64,000 bases of DNA from Macrostomum hystrix (taxonomy: Eukaryota; Animalia; Platyhelminthes). The first letter of the stretch is position 1. Every line of letters begins with the position of its first letter. Location: contig CATNEN010000029.1 of the NCBI GenBank assembly GCA_950097015.1, forward strand, positions 2,232,001-2,296,000. Direction: 5' to 3'. Positions 50,896 through 61,705 of this stretch are shown in pieces. A model generated the notes under the pieces. It made no database searches and was not told the origin of the DNA. It saw nothing but the letters and a program-made list of their open reading frames with translations. The position numbers were made by a program, and so were the translations under genes.

Positions 50896-51613
50896 ATTAT
50901 TCTCGTATTCTTAGAATCCTGCTACTACTATTGCTATGGATCCTGCTACGATACTTTCTATGAACCCTCCTACGTCTATCTCTTAGAAAAAACGATTTCT
51001 TAATAATTAATAATTTAAGCAATAACTCTGTAGCAACTATTCTGATTACATACGTAGCTACTATTACAATTGAGAATGTTGGATTCGTAACTTCAGTAAA
51101 ACCCATTCAAGGCTAGCAGGCATTTAAAATCTGTAAGCCATTAACTTCTTCCTGCTCAATAAAAAACAATTAGCAAATACTGGCCAGACTAGCTCGCAGC
51201 ATTATTAATTCATATGTGGAGCGTTGCGCCCCAAGCAGATTTCATGGCGTGATTTTCAATCCTGATAAAATCAATACAAGGCTTCAGTCTCGCTTGAATT
51301 CACAGTCAAAATGGAGAGCTTGCTCGCGATCGAAATCAAATTTAATGCGATCGTTAAAGACTGTCGCTCAGTATAACAAATTAGAATTGATAGCCTGAAA
51401 TCAGGCGGGAATACTTAATGACTGCAGTTCAAAATTCTAATTATAATGCATTTCTGTTGGCAATAAAGTGCTAGATTTTTGGACAGCTGTCATCTATTAA
51501 GTAATCTTTCACTCTTAAAAGTAAAGTATTTTCAAGTACAACCACTAGTTACTCTATTGGTTCAAAATCAGTCTAAATGTCAATCGTATATCCTGTTAGC
51601 ATCAGACAGACAC

Positions 51614-51853
51614 TTGACACATCAATCACTAACCTGACACATCAATCACTAACCTGACACATCTATCACTAACCTGACACACCAATCACTAACCTGACAC
51701 ACCAATCACTAACCTGACACATCAATCACTAACCTGACACATCAATCACAAACCTGACACATCAATCACAAACCTGACACATCAATCACTACCCTGACAC
51801 ATCAATCACAAACCTGACACATCAATCACAAACCTGACACATCAATCACTAAC
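51614..51853. repeat. 20-bp minisatellite (ctgacacatcaatcactaac), about 12 copies
   Basis: Direct observation. Confidence 0.95.
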
Positions 51854-52559
51854 TTATCAGCCCTTATCATATAGAATTGTTTTGTTTTGCGTCCAAAAAA
51901 AGTTTTCTGCTACAAATCGCCTAGCCTTAGCCGGCCGTCAAATTCCTTCAAGTGAATTCTTGAGTTCAACGACTCCCAATGGGCTGAGATCAAGGAGGAG
52001 GAGGATGAGGAAGAGGAAAAAGATGAGAACGGCAGCGCGGCATCGCAATAAGTCAGTGGGAGCGTTAGCAACAAGTGAACACGCAGGCAGCATGCATAAT
52101 GCAATCCCATGCGTCACCGCCGCCTCTCTGCCTGCCTGACGCCTCCTCAGATTTCCCCCGACGCGTCGAAAGTGCCGCTGTCTTGTCGAACAAGACCTTC
52201 TTGGGCCGGATGAAACTGCTTGTCTGATTTTTTGAGGTTCGTGCCAATCTTCACAATGCGAGATTCTGCTACAGTCAGAGCGTTCGCTACTCCTATGAGA
52301 ATTTCAAGGACAAGGAACAGCGCAATTTAAGCATTTCGCTTCTTTTTTTCAATCTTCCAGGACATGCTTTGTTCTTTCCCTTAATTCTATGACGTACCAC
52401 TTAGCGTTTCTTCCTTACAGTTACTTATACCCACATCACACAGTTCCATTAACGATTCACTCTTCCCTCCATCCCCTTTCACTATCCCACTCCTCCTCAC
52501 AGCTTACTCACTGTTTGTTCCCATTCTGCTCATCCTCTCTTACTTCCCTTCATCTGCTA

Positions 52560-53155
52560 CTCCCCTTCCTTCCTCTCCAACTCCTCTCCTCTCCTACTCC
52601 TACTCCTCTCCTACTCCTCTCCTCTCCTACTCCTCTCCCCCTCCTACTCCTGTCCTCTCCAACTCCTCTCCTCTCCTACTCCTCTCCTCTCCTACTCCTC
52701 TCCCCCTCCTACTCCTGTCCTCTCCAACTCCTCTCCTCTCCTACTCCTCTCCTCTCCTACTCCTCTCCTCTCCTACTCCTCTCCTCTCCTAATCCTCTCC
52801 CTCTCCTACTCCTCTCGCTCTCCTCTCCTCTCCTCTCCTACTCCTCTTCCTCTCCTCTCCTCTTGCTCTCCTACTCCTCTTCCTCTCCTCTCCTCTCCTC
52901 TCCTACTCCTCTTCCTCTCCTGCTCCTCTCCCTCTCCTAATCCTCTCCCTCTCCTAATCCTCTCCCTCTCCTACTCCTCTCCCTCTCCTCTCCTCTCCTC
53001 TCCTACTCCTCTCCCTCTTCTAATCCTCTCCCTCTCCTACTCTTCTCACTCTCCTACTCTTATCACTCTCCTACTCCTCTCCTCTCCCACTCCTCTCCTC
53101 TCCTACTCTTCTCACTCTCCTACTCCTCTCCCTCTCCTACTCTCCCCTATCCTCT
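52560..53155. repeat. About 600-bp polypyrimidine/polypurine low-complexity tract (ctcctctcctctcctact)
   Basis: Almost only C/T on the + strand. Confidence 0.93.
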
Positions 53156-54248
53156 CAAAACGGCACAAACTTACCAGTAGAAGATTCCTATTCCTTCAAG
53201 CAGCAATCTGCTAATTTCTGTCCTCTCCCATTATGTTCGCACTGTTTGGGAGAAAATGATTTCTTGTATTATTATTTCTTCTCCGTCTCTTCCGCCATCC
53301 ATCTCGCTGTCCGCTATTTCTGTTCCTCATCTGCCTCACCCATCTCAATTAATTCTTTCCAACCTATGCGGCCCTTCAGCATCACCTATTAATAGATACA
53401 CAGCTTAGCTGATTGATTGGCAGTCGAGTATGCAAAGCCGTTTTCCCATTTATTCGGTTTAAGGCTAGTTCGAGCCAGCTCAGTCGCAGCTCTCACAAAT
53501 CTCTGTAGCCAACTGTCTTCGACTTATCCGCTTCTCTCCGGGGCTTAGCAAAACTGTACCGCTGCCTCAGATGAGAATTAAAAGTCCCCGGTCACGAGTC
53601 GGCTTGCCGCGGAAGCCCGGGCGGACACCTTCTCCTCTGTCTACCTCCGCGGCAGAGACGGCTGAGAGAGCGATAGATGGAAAACGACCACGAAAAAAGG
53701 CGATTGCTTCGTATATAGTGAAAGCTGAGAAGCACCTTTAGCGGCGCCGGATCAGCAGAAGCGAGCAAGTGAACCCGAAGGTGCAAAAAGTGCCGCCTCC
53801 TCCCCCAGCAGGTCTTCAGCGCTGCCTTCTCACTCTCTCCCTTTCTCTCTCTCACACTCTGGTTCTTTCTCTCCTACTCAAATTTATCGAATTACTCGAA
53901 GCGTGAAGAGCTCGAGTTGAGAAGACTCAAACGAGGCCGAGGCCTGCCAAAGCCGGTACGATGAAATCAGACGCCAAAGGGGGGGCTGGTTCGCCGATGA
54001 AAGCGGGTAGCGATCGCTTAGAATCACCTTTAGCATGCGCTCGTTGGCCTGGAAGTTTTATAAGCTCAGCGGCCCTCCAGTCGCTTGGGCGGGCAACCGC
54101 CTCCCTTCACCTGCCCGTAGCGGCCGGGGGGGGGGCAATCGGATTGAGTTGGCGAGGCTGACTGTTTTCGATCTGTTCCGTAATGGACTTGAGTCCGAAC
54201 TCGCCCTGTGCGGCCGGAGATTTATGGATCGAGCTGATGGATTGTGAA

Positions 54249-54260
54249 GCCGCCATCTTG
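54249..54260 (-). promoter_or_regulatory. YY1-type motif (CAAGATGGCGGC) at the edge of a GC/CpG-rich island (about 53500-54350)
   Basis: Exact GCCGCCATCTTG on +; motif match only, function untested. Confidence 0.35.
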
Positions 54261-54461
54261 CTCACAGTGTCTCTATTGCTCATCTCTATAGCAACAGTCA
54301 ATATGTTGCTAATAAAAATGTAGGCTAGAAGGGACACCAGCAACGCTTAGAGGTGCTTTGAGGGACAGCCAGAACTTAAAAGCCTGCTGCTATGAGCACA
54401 CATGACCAATTTACAGAGAGTATACAATAAGGCATGTATTTGTAGATCCTTCAAGTATTTG

Positions 54462-54736
54462 CACGACTTGAAGGTCGGGGGTTCGATTCCCGACTCCACT
54501 GGAATAACTTGTGTCCTTTAGCAAGACACTTAACTCTGCATTGCTTCAGTTCACCCAGCTGTTAAATGGGTACCAGCATCAGCTGGGATAATTGAGGGTG
54601 GGTTTGGCGTCCCCCCAGTCCATGGACTGAACAGCCGAACGCAGCCTTCAGATGCGTCGCTCAATAGCTGCGGCTATGCTGTCGGCTGCACATCTGACCT
54701 AATTGGGACAGGTGTAGTCAATTATTATTATTATTA
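54462..54736 (+). mobile_element. SINE family 1, 5'-truncated (A box missing)
   Basis: cacgacttgaaggtcgggggttcgattcccgactccactgg... through (ATT)n tail. Confidence 0.92.
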
Positions 54737-55657
54737 AAAAATTGTAGATAGGATCGGCTAGATTTCACAGCGCCTGCCTTGGACTCCATCAAAGAAGTGA
54801 AAAGCTTTAATGTCAGCTGGGGGGGGAGCTTTTCGCACAAAGCCCTCAGCTCAACTCAGACCAAAATCTTTCTGCCTATTTTTTAGTAGTTCAAAAGAAT
54901 ATTCATCTCTACATTTGCGCAGCTGCACTGCCCGGTGGGATAAAAGTGGAAGCTTTCTAAAAGTCTCCTTTCTCCCAAGACAGGTAAAAAAGCGCAGAGG
55001 ACAGAAATGTTCGATTTTGGTCGAAGCGGTGTAGCTGCGGCGAAAAAATCCCATCTTAACTGCGAGAAAATACTCAAGAGAAGTCCTGCATGACCCAAGC
55101 ACTCAAGCGTCCATTTTTGGGATGCCTAATCACTGAATAGGCTGCGTCCATTAGCTCACGAAATTATGGCAGAGATTTGCAGCAGAAAGAAGAAGCCAAA
55201 TAGTGAATTGCAACTCGGAAGCTCTTGAAATACCATCAACCAAAAACACGGAAACAATGAGTGAGTGAACGAATGCGACACGCGCACATGTGAGGAAAGT
55301 AATTAAACAACGATGTTTAGCTTCATGTTTCGCAGATAATTAGTCTCCGGTGTTATATGCCATGACCGAATGCAAGAAATGATCTCTTTTTTGGCAATCC
55401 ATCAAACGTCTAAAACGTGAAACGTCAGGACCATTTGTAAAACAAAATATGTTAACTAGTTGGTTAAAGAGAGATATAAAATGCATCTGCAAGTTCATAA
55501 AGAAAAAAAACTCGCATTTCATTTGTGCAGATTTCAGAAGCAACATTCTATAATTGAATTACTCCAATAGACTACTATGTAGATTTGTTTGGCACAAATA
55601 CGCACCAACCTACTATGGTAAGTAGCATTAAGTGAACTTTTTAGTAAGCTAGTAAAA

Positions 55658-55970
55658 GGTTGTAGCCTAGTGGTTAGGGCGTCGGACTCACGACTTGAAG
55701 ATCGGGGGTTCGATTCCCGACTCCACTGGAACAATTTGCGTCCTTTAGCAAGACATTTAACTCTGCATTGCTTCAGTTCACCCAGCTGTTAAATGGGTAC
55801 CAGCATCAGCTGGGATAATTGAAGGTGGGCGTGACGTCCCCCCAGTCCGTGGACTGAACAGCTGTACGCAGCCTTCAGATGCGCCGCGCATTAGCTGCGG
55901 CTGTGCTGTCGGCTGCACATCTGACCCAATTGGGGCAGGTGTAATAAATTATTATTATTATTAATTATTA
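55658..55970 (+). mobile_element. SINE family 1, full length
   Basis: A box, B box, CORE-like middle and (ATT)n tail; TSD ttagtaagcta at 55641-55651 and 55971-55981. Confidence 0.94.
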
Positions 55971-56789
55971 TTAGTAAGCTATCAAATTGTAGTAGACTCC
56001 TGGTAGACAGATAGTAATTGAATCCAAATGGTTCAATCATTTAATAATTAACAATGCCTATATTGGTGGTTTTTGCCACCAGAGACCGCGACGAGAGTCA
56101 TTGAATATTCCAGATCTTATGATCCGCTATTCGGATAGAGCGGAATCCTATAATGGTGTTTCTAAGAAACTTTTGCTTTGCAAAGAATTTTCGCACATCA
56201 TACTCGCAGTTGAAACTGTATCACTTACCTGATATTCCTTATTCGCAGCGCATAGCTGGTATCTCGAATATTGGATACCTGTTAGCTTTATGAGCCATTC
56301 TGTTGAGACCGACTGATATGCAAATTGACAATACTGCTCAATGTAGTGCAGGAGAGTGTGAATTGAATGGAGAATTTAGTGCCAGAATTATATTTTTGGC
56401 GTGCTCAAATAGCCATACCAGACCGGGCTGCAGAATCGCAGAGTGAACCCCGATGGACTCAATAAAAGCTATGGCGTTCGCTGATTAGCATATTTGACAC
56501 TGGGCACTGGCTCCGATAGGGCAGCGCACAACTGGTTTGGGAATAAATTTGGAGGGAGGGAATCCGCAAGTGACGGGCAGCTTGAGGACCGCAGCGGTGA
56601 TTAGAGGCTGCAGCGGCCAGCTCTCCGGGCCTCCGTAAGTGGCTTGAACTTTACCGGACCTGCTTGCAGCGAGGTCACAAGTGTTCAGATATTATTTCAA
56701 TTTTATAGGGGATTAAGAGATGCGGCTTTGTAAATCGTTGAATCTTCTTACGTTCAAAAATCGTCTCCCCATGCAAGTACTACCGATGT

Positions 56790-57385
56790 CAGAGGTTCGC
56801 AAACTTATTAGCTAACGGGCCAAAGACAGAATCTAAAAGACGAAAGCGGGCCACATTGACTGTATAAATATGAGATAGAAAAAAAGGCAAGAAAGAGATG
56901 AGATACAGGAAAATGCTACAGCGAGAGTTGAGACAGGGGAGGGATAAGACACGGGAGAGATGAGACACGGGAGAGATGAGACACGGGAGAGATGAGACAC
57001 GGGAGAGATGAGACACGGGAGAGATGAGACACGAGAGAGATGAGACACGAGAGAGATGAGACACGGGAGAGATAAGACACGAGAGAGATGAGACACGGGA
57101 GAGATGAGACACGGGAGAGATGAGACACGGGAGAGATGAGACACGAGAGAGATGAGACACGGGAGGGATGAGACACGGGAGAGATGAGACACGAGAGAGA
57201 TGAGACACGAGAGAGATGAGACACGGGAGGGATAAGACACGAGAGAGATGAGACACGAGAGAGATGAGACAGGGGAAAGATGAGACACGGGAGAGATGAG
57301 ACACGAGAGAGATGAGACACGGGAGGGATAAGACACGAGAGAGATGAGACACGAGAGAGATGAGACACGGGAGAGGTGAGACAGG
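56790..57385 (-). mobile_element. Second, inverted and truncated copy of the hAT MITE with the same 16-bp minisatellite (about 28 units)
   Basis: 56790-56878 is the reverse complement of 40209-40297 (TIR cagaggttcgcaaact plus subterminal region), followed by gagagatgagacacgg units; other TIR not found. Confidence 0.85.
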
Positions 57386-57637
57386 ACGCAGGTTTTTGCC
57401 TATTCCGCTGATCCCTGAGCACACACACACGCAATTAACGTTCGCAGGCACACACTCACCCAGGTGTGTACATCTGCTCTGGATTTCTCATCGTTAGGCA
57501 TTGTACAGTCTCACTGTGCCGTGGATGTGGGCCCAATGGGCGTAAATTGCATGACAAGCCCCCTAGCCAACTCTTTCCGTGGCTGCGCCGAGCAAATTAA
57601 TCGCCGCGGAATCGAGCTCAGGGACCTTGCTGCGAGG
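57385..57637 (-). mobile_element. SINE family 2, partial diverged copy abutting the MITE minisatellite
   Basis: ctgagcacac...caggtgtgtacatctgc...gccgcggaatcgagctcagggacctt matches 31630-31860; lacks A box and tail. Confidence 0.85.
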
Positions 57638-58351
57638 ACAACAAAGGACTTTATTTAACGGTTAGAAGACGCGGAGATAAACGACATCGTACCAATATTC
57701 GCTCGATGTAAAAATAATCTAGATAATTTACTTCTCAGCTGAGGTAGATAAACATTTTAGGGCCCAATTTTTTAACGCCTTTAAGCTCACGCTTACATAC
57801 GGCGCACGGATGTTAGTTAAAGTTAGTAAATAACTTATTTCGTTCTCACTTGTAATTCCACGGTTTTCATTCTTTATGCGAGTATTTCGTTGCCTTGCAT
57901 GTAGATATGGAGCTAGCGGGCGGTGTTTAGGGCTGCAAAACATTTTGCTCCAAAGTGCAGGCACAGAGCCGCAGGTGGGGTGTCAGGGCGCGGCGTAGAA
58001 GAGGCGAGGGGTGGTGAGAATTCCGATAGTCGCTGCACTTGGGTGCCAACTGTTTGCATATCAAATTCGACGGAAAAAATGAGGACAATTTTAATTAACA
58101 TTTAACCCACACCCTCGCCGTTGTAGCCAATTAATTCACCACAATGCATAAACAGTTTCTGTTGCCATTGGCTACAATCGGTATTTAGTATTGCTTATCT
58201 TATCCACGAGCAAAGAGAGCTTTAGTGCTGCAGAAAAAATATTTCTTTCCATAGCTAAGATTGGCAAATAGAAATTTCAGATACAAAGCCAAGCTTATTC
58301 AACTCCTGAGCCGCTAGCTTCAAGAACTCACTAATCAATAACCAAGAAGCC

Positions 58352-59014
58352 ATGCACACTAGCAGCGGCCTTGTTACTCTGCTGCTTAGCCTGACCATTG
58401 CAGGCTGCCTAGCCATCACCTGGGACCAGGAGAGGCTCCAGTGGCTTGTGGTCACGCCACCTAACCAGAGGAACGTCCAGCTGAACTGCACCTCCGAGCA
58501 CATCTATCCGTTCAGGCTGCTGAATGACAGCTCCGTCATTGGCGCTCTGGACAGCCCCGTGAAGCGAATCTGGTGGGTCCTGCAAGATGGCCGACTAGCC
58601 AACGCGACCTTCGACGATGGCAATAGACGCGCTGTGGACCGCGGCGTTGGCCTATTCTTTTCGGAAGTAACGGAGAATGTCTACGGATTGTATCACTGCG
58701 CTGTGGAGGCTAACTACGCCATCAACGACACGCTGCTGAACTTTACCAGCACTTCGGTGTACTATTATAAGCGCGGCCTGAACCTCTACGGCGCCGATCT
58801 ATACGGCGGCAACACCTGGGAGAGGTACAAGTGGAACACCCTGGTTGGCAGCCTGACCGCCGGCATCTTCCTGGCTTTTGTCGCCGGCTACGCCCTCCTT
58901 GATCGGCTGGGCATTCTGGCCAAGTGCAACAACTCAGTGGAGGCCGCGCCTGCTGGCAGCGAAGAGATCGGCGAAGGAAGCTCCCGCCGCGGCCGCCGCC
59001 AACGCTGCGTTTAA
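58352..59014 (+). CDS. Single-Ig-domain type I membrane glycoprotein (220 aa, intronless)
   Basis: Signal peptide MHTSSGLVTLLLSLTIAGCLA; Ig pattern VQLNC...IWW...LFFSEV....GLYHC; five N-glycosylation sequons; TM LVGSLTAGIFLAFVAGYALL. C-terminus uncertain (see findings). Confidence 0.8.
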   Translation: MHTSSGLVTLLLSLTIAGCLAITWDQERLQWLVVTPPNQRNVQLNCTSEHIYPFRLLNDSSVIGALDSPVKRIWWVLQDGRLANATFDDGNRRAVDRGVGLFFSEVTENVYGLYHCAVEANYAINDTLLNFTSTSVYYYKRGLNLYGADLYGGNTWERYKWNTLVGSLTAGIFLAFVAGYALLDRLGILAKCNNSVEAAPAGSEEIGEGSSRRGRRQRCV

Positions 59015-61705
59015 CAAACCTGCCTCGGCGGAGATGACGCCGGCGATTTCGGTGGCGTCAGTTCGATCAAGGAAGTCGGAGAAGCCGGCCCCTGAAACTG
59101 AGACGGCCGCTTTGTGAAACTCCAGTGAAGCCTGCATGGAATCGGGATAATAAGTAAATTGGACAGGTGGGATTAATAGTAATCATAGTATTTTATTCTT
59201 AAAGAGCTGTAAGAGTACTGTAAGAATTATGTAAGAGTACTACCGTTACTTCAAGCTCGGTTAATATTATTGACTATACTGACGAAAAATATCAAATTAC
59301 GAGCTAGAAGCAATCTGTGAAACTACGCTCGTAATATTGTGACAAAAATACTTTGATTTCTTAGCGTTCAAAATCGTCACAAAAACTTGTAAAATACGAA
59401 CGTACGTGTTATCTATTTATGTACTACGACTGGACAACGAACATGCATGAAAACGGAAATCTAATTAAAATTGAATAAAAATATCAATATCTATCTTTTT
59501 GGTGAAAAACGACACTAAATGAAATTATTTTGTTAAATTTTAATGCACTTAACTTGCTCTGAAATAATTATTTACGTTACTCTACTCGTATTAGTAGTCC
59601 CTGCTTTCACAATGCAATAATATTACAGATTTAGATTACTTAAATTAAGAATGTGGGTTTCAACTAGGTCCCATAATCTCAATTGGGATTACAAAGTAAT
59701 CTATGGTTCTGTTTTGAAACATGGAGAAGGTATAAGATACGTCGCAACTTGCACTCTATGTATCTTCGGAATTGATCCAAACTGTTTGGAGAACTTTAGA
59801 CGAGACCCCGTACGATTACAAGACAAAATCCGGAGATCTGTGGACTGGAGTTTCTGCAACGCGTCAAGCATGACTGTTCGTCCATTAGTTTAAACGACGC
59901 GATTACCAAAAGTAATGAATTGCGTCTAACCTATTTATGCTAACTCGCTGATAGTGCATGATGATACTTTTTATCTAACAACCAAGGAAAATGAGGTTTA
60001 AATTTCGACCTAACATGTGACAATGTGTCTTCACAATGTTTTTGTCTGTCACTAGTAAATTCTCACCTTTCAGCAGTTTACCGAATTGTTTATGCAACCG
60101 GTAACTGGTATCCAAGCTAGAAACTGCACTATGCTGTTGCCAAGCATAGTATAAAAAATTTGTTGTTTTTATTTTTTCCTACTTTCGCTTATCGATTGAT
60201 TTCTTTTAAAGTCCTGTCAATAATTCTATCAGATTCAGCAAAATTGATAATAGAACAAGCTATGCTACATCTTTGTTTTAATGAAGCTGGCTTTGTTTTG
60301 AATACAAAGCAAAGCAAATAAAAATAAAACCGATATAAAATTAAATAGCTGAACAAAGGAGAATACAGTGTGCACAACTGATAGTTGTATTGTAATTTTT
60401 ACAAGTTTGTAAAAAAAGGTATCGTGCTGCAATTTAACTTTGGGAAACTTAATATACAATCAATTTACTTTGAACAAAATGACTTGGAATAGCTTGGTCA
60501 CTTTGTCGACTGTCTAGTCACGACTAGGACAAATTAAACTTTTCGCTTTGTCAGCTGCCTGCCATATTGGGTACTGGGATATGTAGGGCCTATTACTTTA
60601 GAAGCAACTTATAACAATAAATATTGTGGTAAAAAGTTTATAGGCCTACAACGTCGCTATTCTCATTATATTTCGACGAGAAAAGACGTTAGGATAAATA
60701 CCTGAATTCTATGTTTGTTGGTGTGAATGATCAAAATCTGTGCTAAACTCAAGTTTGCAGTTAAGTAGGCCTACTAGGGCTAGGCCTATTTTGTATTTTT
60801 GTATGTATTTTAGTTATATTAAGCATTTCTAGAATTATGAGGCATATAGGCCCTACTTTTATGGCAGTGAGCTCTTTAATAATTTTAGGTTATATTATAA
60901 GTAATTACTAAATTAGTTAGGCCTATTTCTGACTAATTTTGTGTTGTCATGTGGACAGGGTAAAGTCAAGATATTCACAATTTTTGTTAAATTGTAGACT
61001 AATATTGTCATAATCAAATTTTCCTGCTCTATGTAGCTGTTGATGTTGTCATTGTTAGTTAGATATTATTCTATGTATCATAAATTTGTTAATATAAGTC
61101 TATTGACTAATGTAATTCATAGCTAGCTAGCCAGCAAATCAAAAAGTAAATAAAACTGTAATCCTCTACTTTTGCACATTCAACTCAAACAGATTTTATA
61201 ATCAGAGTTTCTGTGATTTCTTGAAAGTAAAAAATATAATCAATGACTAACCAATGACAAACCACAAGTGCACTCTGACAAAGTAGTAGTATACTACTAT
61301 GCTACCCAGAAAAGAATCTTGTTAAAGGTAACCAGGGCAAGGCAAGGCTAGCTATTAGCCAATAAGGCAAAAATCAAAAGGTGTCATAAGGTGGCTGTTG
61401 AGACTACACATTCAAGGATGAAAACTTGTCTGTCTCATCATGTATAGCGTTCTATAGCCTGACAAAATATTGAAACACACTTGACAACAGTTAAATAAAT
61501 GATCAGGCAATTTATTTGGAGTTGCTTATAGTCCTTTTTTGAGAGATGTTGTTACTGAGAGACTTTGTTGATGAAGAAAATCACATTTTCAGCAACCTTA
61601 TTGCTGGCAATCACGCCCTTAGTGCAAGGCAAGCACTCATATAAGCAGTCATCTTACATCAATTATTTAACTAAGTAAGCGAAATAACTTAAAGATTTTG
61701 TCACC

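Noticed and set aside
51950-52250. Acidic stretch (EEEDEEEEKDE) and short ORFs; also 37337-37570 and 46811-47173
   Set aside because: No compatible splice sites or recognisable homology, and an in-frame stop directly upstream of the acidic stretch.
55658-55730. tRNA gene candidates at SINE heads (also 11845-11917, 23745, 31820-31890, 47480-47550)
   Set aside because: A and B boxes are present but stems pair poorly, and each continues into a shared SINE body and tail.
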